A DNA stretch of 24,563 bases from an uncultured Gammaproteobacteria bacterium (GCA_963705725.1 CAVPKM010000004.1:1-24563), one strand, 5' to 3'; counted from the stretch's first letter, positions 7,884-16,273 are shown. The notes: generated by a model from the letters alone, not told the origin. Translations and numbers: made by a program.

Positions 7884-8864
7884 AGAGGCTGTCGGTTGAA
7901 GTGGTAATCCAGCTATAATAATTTGCTCTTGAGCTTCGTAATTCGTCATCCACTCTCTGATGTTAGCCAACTGTTTAGCTTGCAGTAATTTCATAAATTC
8001 TTGGTAATCCTCGGCTGTTTTAAAAAAAATGCTTTGAATATATTCAGGAATGATCCTATCGCATAAATCCATAATAGCCAGCTTGCTATTATCTAATGGG
8101 CGCGACTGCCAAAATACCGCAGGATTTTTCGTCGTCCGCATTTGGGAAAATTTTGGTTCAAGCTTGACGCTAATACCACAAGCAAAATGCTCTTCCTCAG
8201 ATGTATCAAATCCGTGGTGATTTATCCTAACCTCTTCTTGTAACGCATTAATATTTTGTGTACTGGTCAGGATTTTCAGCAACGACTGGCAGGATGTTTG
8301 TAAGTAAATTAATTTAGGCGTGACTTCCTTAACCGAGCTTAATGTACTGATTTTCAGATCTTGTGCCCTTGTATGCACCCAATGCAATTTGCTTGGTATA
8401 TTTACAATTGTTGATTTATTTTCAATGAGTTGTGCCAACACCTGGTGAGTACTATCAATTCTCATCTTTACGCTTTCTGCTGTCGCTAATCGAGAATAAG
8501 TTTCATAGGATTTTTTGATTAAAGATTTTTTTAATATTCTATTTCGAGCAAATAACTTTCTCTTAAGCGAACGAATAAAAATATCTGATAGCAGTTGTTT
8601 TGTTTTCAATAATTCTCTTAAAAAAGGCGTGACTTCTTCTGTATGATCAAATGAACATTGGTTGATTTTCTTTTCTATTTGATTTAGGCGAAGGGTAACA
8701 AGCAAGCTAAGAAAAAGAGAATAATACTTGCGAAAAGGTATATTAATAAGGGGTAGGTTGAGTAACCAAATCACTATCCTACTTTTATCTGGTTGCAGTC
8801 CGGCAGTTGATCGCAAAGCGCTTCCTTGGCCTTGCCCAAAGGGACTGTCATCAAGCCAAGCCAT
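7875..8864 (-). CDS. Hypothetical protein (orphan, candidate effector)
   Basis: 329-aa ORF with a GGGAGA SD-like sequence and a near-consensus promoter. No family recognised. Confidence 0.75.
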   Translation of the reverse strand: MAWLDDSPFGQGQGSALRSTAGLQPDKSRIVIWLLNLPLINIPFRKYYSLFLSLLVTLRLNQIEKKINQCSFDHTEEVTPFLRELLKTKQLLSDIFIRSLKRKLFARNRILKKSLIKKSYETYSRLATAESVKMRIDSTHQVLAQLIENKSTIVNIPSKLHWVHTRAQDLKISTLSSVKEVTPKLIYLQTSCQSLLKILTSTQNINALQEEVRINHHGFDTSEEEHFACGISVKLEPKFSQMRTTKNPAVFWQSRPLDNSKLAIMDLCDRIIPEYIQSIFFKTAEDYQEFMKLLQAKQLANIREWMTNYEAQEQIIIAGLPLQPTASLM

Positions 8865-8893
8865 CCATTGCTTCTCCCGTAACAGAGGCCGGT

Positions 8894-8922
8894 ATTATAG
8901 ATATAAACAAATCGAGATTCAA
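8894..8922 (-). promoter_or_regulatory. Putative sigma70 promoter of the 329-aa orphan gene
   Basis: Minus strand: TTGAAT (8922-8917), 17 bp, TATAAT (8899-8894). Confidence 0.65.
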
Positions 8923-8955
8923 GCATAATCAGCAGACAATATTGCAATGCCCATC

Positions 8956-10263
8956 CTAACCTGGCAAAGTCATATTCTCTTGAATCTTGCAATGTGTTTC
9001 TTTAATGAATAAAGTCAGAATAAAAGATAAAAATAGACCGATTGGTACCACAGCAAGCGCAAATTTGTAATCAGCTAGGCTATAAATTCTCACCCCTCCA
9101 ACCAAATTTCCACTCCAGTGCCAATCGAGAATTTTTCCCATAAAAGGCTGGAATAATAAGCCACCCAGCATAATAAAAAAGTTTGTCGCAGCTGTTGCCG
9201 TTCCTGATATTTGTTCCGGATTTTTTTCGCGACTAAGTGAAAAGACTAAGGGGTGTGACCCACAAGTCACACCGAAGAGGAATAGTAATGTATAGAGCAT
9301 CCAAAAAGGAAGATTTGGAATATAAAATGCCATCGTGCTAAACACTGTGGAAAAAATGGAGGTAACAAGCAGTGGCAGACAACGAAGACGTATTTTATCA
9401 GATAGCGCTCCAATAAGTGGTCCAGCGATAATCCAACCTGCATACACGAAAAAGATAATCATCGCGGCTTTTTGAGCGGTAACGTGATATGCCGTCTCGA
9501 GATAAGGAATTCCCCAAAGGTCTAAAAATGCGGAGGCAGGCAAATAAAGCAATAAACCCACTATGCCAATTACCCAGGTTTCACTCTTTAGTAAAACTAG
9601 CCGAAGACCATATAATGTCTGACGTAATGTCAATTTTGGGGCGTTAGGCTGCAATCTTTTTTCACGAGGACAATCTCTAACAATCAAAAAGAGCAGAATT
9701 GCCAAAATAACACCTGCAATCAGACCAGTTGACAGCGCAGCTTTATACCCAACTTTTTGCACAAAAGTTGCCAGATAAATTTGGGAAAAAATTCCTGCTG
9801 ACATGCCGAATGCGGAAGTCAAGCCAGCGGCAGCGGCAAAGCGATTGGGGGGTAACCAAAGGGCAACAAGCTTCAACACAGTAATATAAGCGAAAGCAGA
9901 GCCAAACCCGATTAAAAATCTCCCGCTTTTTGCTAATTCTAATGAACTTGCATGGATGAAGATAAACAACCCAACCATGCAAATTAAACAAGCAGAAACC
10001 AGCACTTTTCTCGCACCAAGTCGATCTACAATTACCCCTACAAATAACTGCATCGGTGTATAAGCATTATAATAAGCTGAACTTAAGCTGCCAAATTCTG
10101 TTGCCGTAATTTTGTAATGTTTTAATAAATCCTCCTTCATCACACTCGGCGAAACGCGCAAAAAATAGGCCAAACAATAATAAGCCGCGCCCATTCCAAA
10201 CATGATCCAGGGTAAAACTCGTTTACTATATCTATTTTGTGTTTGTGTTTGTATTTTTTTCAT
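8956..10263 (-). CDS. MFS transporter, Pht-like (paralog of 3937..5187)
   Basis: LRVSPSVM, GVIVDRLGARK, GALSDKIRLR and QPFMGKILDWHW motifs; about 12 TM helices. Confidence 0.92.
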   Translation of the reverse strand: MKKIQTQTQNRYSKRVLPWIMFGMGAAYYCLAYFLRVSPSVMKEDLLKHYKITATEFGSLSSAYYNAYTPMQLFVGVIVDRLGARKVLVSACLICMVGLFIFIHASSLELAKSGRFLIGFGSAFAYITVLKLVALWLPPNRFAAAAGLTSAFGMSAGIFSQIYLATFVQKVGYKAALSTGLIAGVILAILLFLIVRDCPREKRLQPNAPKLTLRQTLYGLRLVLLKSETWVIGIVGLLLYLPASAFLDLWGIPYLETAYHVTAQKAAMIIFFVYAGWIIAGPLIGALSDKIRLRCLPLLVTSIFSTVFSTMAFYIPNLPFWMLYTLLFLFGVTCGSHPLVFSLSREKNPEQISGTATAATNFFIMLGGLLFQPFMGKILDWHWSGNLVGGVRIYSLADYKFALAVVPIGLFLSFILTLFIKETHCKIQENMTLPG

Positions 10264-10436
10264 TTATTCCTATTGCCACAAGGGTATGTAATAAGTTTTC
10301 TTTATCAATCAACAACTTACAAAAATCATCAGAATGCTCGAGATTCAATGTACCCAAAAATGAATCTAATTTCTAGTCCTGTACCATAAAAATGCCTATA
10401 ATCTCCCCCGTTGCCTTTAATAATTTGGAGAATAAG

Positions 10437-13079
10437 ATGGTCAAGACGACAGAGCCGCATGAAATTTTTCTAAAAGATTATGCTCCTAGTAACTATCTTA
10501 TTGAAAATGCTTTTCTCTATTTTGACCTTCACCCAGAGTATACCGTGGTCAAATCCGTATTAAAAATTAATAGAAATCCCCATGCAATTAAAGATAATAC
10601 GCTAATTTTAGATGGTGAAGCTTTAGAGCTGCGCAATGTTATTTTAAACGGCAAACAGCTAGCACCGGATCAATACCAAGTTCACCCCAATAAACTAATG
10701 CTTCCCAATATGCCAGAACAGTTTACGCTGGAAATAGAAGTCTTAATCCAACCCAATGAAAATAAAGCATTAAGTGGACTTTATCAGTCAAAAGGAAATT
10801 ATTGTACGCAATGTGAAGCGCAAGGTTTCCGACGAATCACTTATTTTTTAGATCGACCGGATATTTTGACCCGTTTTACCACGACCATTTCAGCAAACAA
10901 ACACCGCTATCCTGTTTTGCTATCAAACGGCAATTTAGTAGATACAAAAGAACTGGATAACGATCGTCATTGGGTGATGTGGGAAGACCCCTCTCTTAAG
11001 CCATGCTACCTGTTCGCCTTAGTTGCTGGAGATTATGAATGGCTCGAAGATACCTTCATTACCATGAGAGAGCGCCCCGTTGAGCTTCGTATTTATGTTG
11101 AAAAAGGAAATCTAAGCCAGGCCGACTTCGCGATGGAATCCTTAAAACGTGCCATGCGCTGGGATGAGCAAACTTATGATCGAGAATATGATCTAGATAT
11201 TTATATGATTGTTGCAGTTAGCGATTTTAATATGGGCGCAATGGAAAACAAGGGTTTAAATATTTTTAATGATCGTTACATATTAGCAAAACCCCAAACT
11301 GCTACTGACGATGATTATATTAATGTGGAAAGTGTGATTGGACACGAATATTTTCATAATTGGTCAGGAAATCGTGTCACCGTACGCGATTGGTTTCAGA
11401 TCACTCTCAAAGAAGGCCTTACCATTTTTAGAGATCAAAATTTTACTGCTGACATGACTTCTCATGCTGTTAAAAGGATTAAAGATGTCAATGTGATACG
11501 AAATTCTCAGTTTCCTCAAGATGCAGGGCCCATGGCTCATGCTATTCGACCCGAGTCCTACATTGAGGTCAATAACTTCTATACCGTTACTGTGTATCAT
11601 AAAGGGGCGGAAGTGATTAGAATGCTTGAAACGATCCTCGGGAAGGAAGATTTTCGCAAGGCCTTAATTTATTATTTCGAAACAAATGATGGCAAGGCCG
11701 TCACCACCGAAGATTTTGTCAAAGCAATGGAAGAAATATCCAATAAAGATTTAATACAATTTAGACGTTGGTATAGTCAAGCTGGCACCCCTTTGGTTGC
11801 TGTGAAAGGTGAATATAATTCACAGAAAAAAACATTTAGCTTAAATTTTAAACAAACTTGTTCCCCGACCCCTGGTCAACCACATAAAGAAAACTTCTTT
11901 ATTCCTATTCGCGTTGCACTGTTTGATCAAGCTGGGAAGGAATTACAATTAAATCTTGATGCTAGAAATAGGGATGCTGGAAAAACCGAGCAAGTTTTGA
12001 TTCTAAATCAAGCAGAAGAAGAATTTGTTTTTCATGGCATTGAGGCTCCCCCCCTTCCTTCCTTACTACGAAATTTTTCGGCACCTGTCCGCTTAGCCTA
12101 TCCCTATACTGAACAGGATCTTATATTTTTAATGTCTCATGACACGGATGGCTTTAATTCGTGGGATGCCGCGCAGCAACTTTTTACCCAATTAATTACG
12201 ACTGCGATCAAGGAACAAGGGATAGAATCTGACCTCAAGCTTTCTAGCTCTTACATAAAAGCTTTCAGCATAATATTAAATAATCCCAAGCTTGATCAAT
12301 CATTAATCGCAGAAATGCTTACCTTGCCGACAGAATCTTACATTTTAGAATTATTAGATTGTCCAGATATTACCCACATTTATTGGGTGCGGCACATAAT
12401 TAAAAAAGAGTTTGCCAAGCAGCTAAAGGAAGATTTGCTCAAGCGTTATCATGAAAATAATGTGAAAGAGTTGAGTCTAAGTAAAAGGGCAATGGGGCAA
12501 CGTCGTATTAAAAATTTATGTTTGAACTATTTAATGCTTCTAGAAGACAACGCAATCATTCATCTTGCTATGGACCAGTTGAAGCAAGCGAATAATCTTA
12601 CTGATACTATGGGAGTACTGGCTTCTCTAACTCATATTGACTGCCCCGAAAGAGAACAAGCTTTTAAAACTTTTTTCGATAAATGGCAGAAAGAGCCGCT
12701 TGTTATTGATAAGTGGTTTGCACTTCAAGCCTTATCAACGCTGCCTAATACCTTTCAAGAAGTGAAATCATTAATGTCACATCCTGCTTTTGATTTAAAA
12801 AATCCGAATAAAGTTAGAAGCTTACTCGGTACTTTTTGCAATTTTAATTATTTAAGATTTCATGATATCAGCGGCGAACCCTATACTTTTTTAGTCGACC
12901 AAGTACTCACTATTGACGCATTTAATCCACAACTTGCCGCAAGACTGATTGAACCCTTGATCAGATGGCGAAAATATGACCCAACTCGTCGAGCTTTAAT
13001 AAAAAAAGAATTAGAGCGGATGGCAAGCGCTACCAAGCTATCTAATGACGTCTACGAAATCCTCACCAAAAGCTTATAG
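10437..13079 (+). CDS. pepN: Aminopeptidase N (M1 family)
   Basis: TQCEAQGFRRIT, GAMENKGLN, HEYFHNWSGNRVT..DWFQITLKEG (HExxH-x18-E) and NPNKVRSL motifs. GGAG SD at 10427-10430 supports ATG 10437. Confidence 0.97.
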   Translation: MVKTTEPHEIFLKDYAPSNYLIENAFLYFDLHPEYTVVKSVLKINRNPHAIKDNTLILDGEALELRNVILNGKQLAPDQYQVHPNKLMLPNMPEQFTLEIEVLIQPNENKALSGLYQSKGNYCTQCEAQGFRRITYFLDRPDILTRFTTTISANKHRYPVLLSNGNLVDTKELDNDRHWVMWEDPSLKPCYLFALVAGDYEWLEDTFITMRERPVELRIYVEKGNLSQADFAMESLKRAMRWDEQTYDREYDLDIYMIVAVSDFNMGAMENKGLNIFNDRYILAKPQTATDDDYINVESVIGHEYFHNWSGNRVTVRDWFQITLKEGLTIFRDQNFTADMTSHAVKRIKDVNVIRNSQFPQDAGPMAHAIRPESYIEVNNFYTVTVYHKGAEVIRMLETILGKEDFRKALIYYFETNDGKAVTTEDFVKAMEEISNKDLIQFRRWYSQAGTPLVAVKGEYNSQKKTFSLNFKQTCSPTPGQPHKENFFIPIRVALFDQAGKELQLNLDARNRDAGKTEQVLILNQAEEEFVFHGIEAPPLPSLLRNFSAPVRLAYPYTEQDLIFLMSHDTDGFNSWDAAQQLFTQLITTAIKEQGIESDLKLSSSYIKAFSIILNNPKLDQSLIAEMLTLPTESYILELLDCPDITHIYWVRHIIKKEFAKQLKEDLLKRYHENNVKELSLSKRAMGQRRIKNLCLNYLMLLEDNAIIHLAMDQLKQANNLTDTMGVLASLTHIDCPEREQAFKTFFDKWQKEPLVIDKWFALQALSTLPNTFQEVKSLMSHPAFDLKNPNKVRSLLGTFCNFNYLRFHDISGEPYTFLVDQVLTIDAFNPQLAARLIEPLIRWRKYDPTRRALIKKELERMASATKLSNDVYEILTKSL

Positions 13080-13246
13080 TTATTTAGCACAGGATTGAAA
13101 CGTTCATATTTTGCCACCTTCGAACAAAAAATTTAATTAAAAGTGCTCACATACGTGTGTATGCGGAGCTTTTAATTAAATTTTTTGTCCGAATCTGGCT
13201 AAAATCTGAACGTTTAGCGGCTTCTACATTTGTGCTGAATGGTTAC
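13076..13246. mobile_element. ~171-bp palindromic MITE-like element with flanking direct repeat
   Basis: Termini ATAGTTATTTAGCACA / TGTGCTGAATGGTTAC. Inner arms AAACGTTCA/TGAACGTTT and a perfect 20-bp ACAAAAAATTTAATTAAAAG/CTTTTAATTAAATTTTTTGT. AAAGCTT flanks both sides (13069-13075 and 13247-13253). Confidence 0.75.
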
Positions 13247-13288
13247 AAAGCTTATCGCTTTGCTACTCTTTAACTAACTTGCTAATAG

Positions 13289-13978
13289 TTAAATAAGCAC
13301 TGCGCAGGAGAGCTGCTTTTCTACCCAGGTAAGAATATCTTTTGGGTGGTCAATGTAGTAATCTGCATGCCAATATTCTGGGGCAGAATTTGCTGGGAGA
13401 TAACCATATAACGCGGCGATTGAGCGCATGCCAGCGTATTTTGCTGCTTCAATGTCTCTTTCTGCATCACCAATATAAACGCATTCCTTTGGAGAAGAAT
13501 GGGTTCTTTCGCAAGCTAAAAGCAGGGGATCTGGGTAAGGTTTTATGCGTAATGTGCAATCTCCACCGATAATACATGAACAGCGTTCTGCTAATTTTAA
13601 ATCTGTCAGCAGCTGCTTTGCGAGGTGGCTAGGCTTGTTGGTGACTACACCCCAGTTAATTCCTAGCTCTTCTAACCTCGTTAGTACACAGTCCATGCCT
13701 GGAAAAAGCATGGTATCAATGCTTAGATGTTGAAGATAATAATCAATAAAAGTTTGTCGTAATAAGAGAAAATCAGGATGAGTTTCATTGATGTTGAAAG
13801 CTAGCATCAGCAGTCCTCGACTGCCATCAGATGCAACTTCTCTTATTTTATCCAGGGCGAGCGCTGGCAAGCCTTTTTGTTCTAACACTTTATTAAGTGC
13901 ATAAGCTAAGTCAGGAGCAGTATCAAGCAAAGTTCCATCAAGATCGAACAGAATAGTTTTTAATTTACAAAGATTCAT
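13289..13978 (-). CDS. gph: HAD-IA phosphatase: phosphoglycolate phosphatase / MurNAc-6P phosphatase (MupP-like)
   Basis: FDLDGTLLDT, VVTNKP, KPYPDPL and YIGDAERDIEAA motifs. It lies downstream of ubiG, the usual position of gph/mupP. ATG 13978 follows an AGGTG SD. Confidence 0.88.
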   Translation of the reverse strand: MNLCKLKTILFDLDGTLLDTAPDLAYALNKVLEQKGLPALALDKIREVASDGSRGLLMLAFNINETHPDFLLLRQTFIDYYLQHLSIDTMLFPGMDCVLTRLEELGINWGVVTNKPSHLAKQLLTDLKLAERCSCIIGGDCTLRIKPYPDPLLLACERTHSSPKECVYIGDAERDIEAAKYAGMRSIAALYGYLPANSAPEYWHADYYIDHPKDILTWVEKQLSCAVLI

Positions 13979-14042
13979 TCGCACCTAGCCTAAAATCCAT
14001 TCACGAAGTGTATAAGTTGGGCGAGCATTTTATCTGAATTCA

Positions 14043-14744
14043 CTATTTCGCGCAATGAACGAGATAATTGACCGAAACATCATGGGTCAGTCGATAGCTT
14101 TTATTAATTGGATGGTAAGTGATTCCAGCTAATGAGATCAGGCGTAAATCAACTTGCTGAATCATATCAAATAATTCACTAGGTTTTAAAAATTTGGCAT
14201 ATTGATGCGTTCCAGCTGGCAAAATTTTCAGTAAATATTCGGCGCCTAAAATCGCATATAAGTAAGATTTCCAATTACGGTTGAGCGTTGAAAGAAATAA
14301 ATGACCATCGGGTTTAAGTAGCCGGGCGCAGGCTGCAATGACCTGAAAAGGATCAGGAACATGTTCGAGCATTTCCATGCATGTCACAATGTCATACTTG
14401 CCTTCATAAGATGCAGCATGCTCTTCGATTGTGGTTAGCTCATAGACAATAGATAAATCTTGCTCTTCTGCATGCCCCCTTGCAACCTCAATTGCTTCGG
14501 CTGACATATCAATTCCCTCTACCCTACCTCCTGCCTTGGCCAAACTTTCGGTAAGCAAACCTCCACCACAACCTACATCTAAAATAGCTGCATCTTGTAA
14601 CTCACAACGCGCCTTAATAAACTCAAAACGTAGCGGATTGATATCGTGCAAAGGCTTACAAGGACCAAAAGGATTCCACCACTCATCAGCTAATTGTGAA
14701 AATTTAATAATTTCAGTTTTATCGATATTGATTGTTTCGATGAT
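14043..14744 (-). CDS. ubiG: Bifunctional 2-polyprenyl-6-hydroxyphenol methylase / 3-demethylubiquinol 3-O-methyltransferase
   Basis: LDVGCGGGLL, CMEMLEHVPDP, GAEYLL..LP.GTH and VNYL motifs. The conserved N-terminus NIDKTEIIKFSQLADEWWNPFGPCKPLHDINPLR extends upstream of the ORF track's TTG 14651. Start inferred at ATC 14744 (see findings). Confidence 0.93.
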   Translation of the reverse strand: MIETINIDKTEIIKFSQLADEWWNPFGPCKPLHDINPLRFEFIKARCELQDAAILDVGCGGGLLTESLAKAGGRVEGIDMSAEAIEVARGHAEEQDLSIVYELTTIEEHAASYEGKYDIVTCMEMLEHVPDPFQVIAACARLLKPDGHLFLSTLNRNWKSYLYAILGAEYLLKILPAGTHQYAKFLKPSELFDMIQQVDLRLISLAGITYHPINKSYRLTHDVSVNYLVHCAK

Positions 14745-14768
14745 AAAATCTCCAGGACATAGACAAGT

Positions 14769-15134
14769 TTAGAAGTCTACTGCTTTGTATGCCGAAAGGA
14801 CATTGTTCACTTCTTCATCGAATTCAGCAAGTAATTCTTTAAATTGATCATATAATTCTTCTCTCAAAGTAAATTCCATTTTACCTAACAATGCCTTCAA
14901 GCGGGATACTCCACAATAACATGAAGCACCATGCAAACGATGAACTTGGTTGACAAGTTCGGGATATTGTTTTTGCTCGAAAACCGCGTGTATCGCTTCG
15001 CTTGACTTTGGAAGATCACCAATAAACATGGCTAACAAGTCTTTTGCTAAATTTCTGTTATTATTGGCTAATTTTATACTCAATTGCCAATCTATTGAAA
15101 AACGCTCATCAATCATTACACTTTCATTACTCAT
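14769..15134 (-). CDS. Stand-alone Hpt (histidine phosphotransfer) protein, BarA/GacS C-terminal type
   Basis: IDWQLSIKLANNNRNLAKDLLAMFIGDLP and VHRLHGASCYCGVSRLK (phospho-His motif HxLxG); AAGGA SD. Confidence 0.88.
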   Translation of the reverse strand: MSNESVMIDERFSIDWQLSIKLANNNRNLAKDLLAMFIGDLPKSSEAIHAVFEQKQYPELVNQVHRLHGASCYCGVSRLKALLGKMEFTLREELYDQFKELLAEFDEEVNNVLSAYKAVDF

Positions 15135-15184
15135 ATAAATCCTTTTAATAATTATTCGCTTATGCCTCTACGGCACAGCCAGAA

Positions 15185-15219
15185 CTCGTCGTCTTGCGGC
15201 TTGTTCCCGGGGCGACGAG
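15185..15219. repeat. GC-rich REP-like hairpin
   Basis: CTCGTCGTCTTG / CGGGGCGACGAG 12-bp stem (3 G-U pairs) with an 11-nt loop, in an AT-rich intergenic region. Confidence 0.55.
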
Positions 15220-15228
15220 GGTGGAAAC

Positions 15229-15293
15229 ACTCGCGCTAGCCTAAAATCCTTTATATAAGTGACTAAAAGTTACTTATATAATTAGCCGCGAGT
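15229..15293. other. Compound inverted repeat (possible RNA structure or operator)
   Basis: Outer ACTCGCG/CGCGAGT; inner TTATATAAGTGAC (15251-15263) / GTTACTTATATAA (15269-15281), 12 of 13 Watson-Crick pairs. Confidence 0.55.
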
Positions 15294-15352
15294 AGAAATA
15301 ATTATCTGATGAAAGTAAGCGGTTAGCAATTAAGATATTTTTGTCAAAATCA

Positions 15353-16264
15353 TCAAACAGCGGAAAAGGGAGCAGTGACTTGATGTATCGTGTGAATATG
15401 TGTTTCCGGCTGTAGAGTAATATGGTCAATATCGTACTTATCTGCAAGCAAAATGCGAAGATTTTTAAAAACATCATTCCAATAATGAAATTCATCAATT
15501 TCAATATGGGCAGTGAGCACAATGACTCCAGAGGAAAGAGTCCAAATATGAAGATCATGAACCGCCCTGACTTTATCTACCTTTGCCATCGCATGACCGA
15601 CATCATTGATATCTAAATGTTTAGGGACGCCTTCCATTAGCACTAGCAAGGACTCACGAAGTAAACGCAAGCTTGAAAAGAGAATCAAGACTGAAATGAA
15701 GATGGACAAAATTGGATCTGCTGGTGTCCAATGTGTAAAGTAAATTACGGCCCCCGATATAAGCGCAGCAACAGAACCGAGTAAGTCACCCATTACATGT
15801 AATATTGCCGCTTTGACATTTAAGCTTTGCTTACCATGTGTCAGTATCCAGGCAATAGTCATGTTAACCATTACGCCGATAAATGCGACCACCATTACAG
15901 TGCTGCCTGAAACTAACTGAGGCGTATTAATCCGTCTAATTGCTTCTACAATTACCAAGATGGCAACACTTAGCACCAGCAAGCTACTTAATCCTGCACC
16001 TAGTATTTCTGCACGTCCCAGCCCATAGGAATGCTGTACAGATGGCGGTTTTTTTGCAACCCATGCGGCAAACGCAGCAAGCGCTAAGGCCAGGGCATCT
16101 GAAAACATATGGCCTGCATCGCTCAGCAAAGCCAATGATTGAGACCACCATCCCGCTGCTGCCTCTATACCAGCAAAAACAAAGGTTAGCCCTAATGCCA
16201 GAATCAACACATTTTGTTTCAGGTCGCCATGAGTGTGAGCATGATTATCAGCATGCATATGCAT
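15353..16264 (-). CDS. Cation diffusion facilitator (CzcD/ZitB-like Zn/Co/Cd exporter)
   Basis: His-rich N-terminus plus SLALLSDAGHMFSD, SYGLGRAEIL, HVMGDLLGS, VHDLHIW and HITLQPE motifs. ATG 16264 follows AGGTG. Confidence 0.95.
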   Translation of the reverse strand: MHMHADNHAHTHGDLKQNVLILALGLTFVFAGIEAAAGWWSQSLALLSDAGHMFSDALALALAAFAAWVAKKPPSVQHSYGLGRAEILGAGLSSLLVLSVAILVIVEAIRRINTPQLVSGSTVMVVAFIGVMVNMTIAWILTHGKQSLNVKAAILHVMGDLLGSVAALISGAVIYFTHWTPADPILSIFISVLILFSSLRLLRESLLVLMEGVPKHLDINDVGHAMAKVDKVRAVHDLHIWTLSSGVIVLTAHIEIDEFHYWNDVFKNLRILLADKYDIDHITLQPETHIHTIHQVTAPFSAV

Positions 16265-16273
16265 ATTAATCAC

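Noticed and set aside
8728-8992. Short ORFs 8728..8928 (+) and 8774..8992 (-)
   Set aside because: They overlap real genes and a promoter; no SD or family signal.
15320-15347. Perfect TTGACA on the minus strand upstream of Hpt
   Set aside because: No acceptable -10 hexamer at 16-18 bp spacing.
15274-15616. ORFs 15274..15558 (-) and 15422..15616 (+)
   Set aside because: Alternative-frame or antisense overlaps of the CDF gene.
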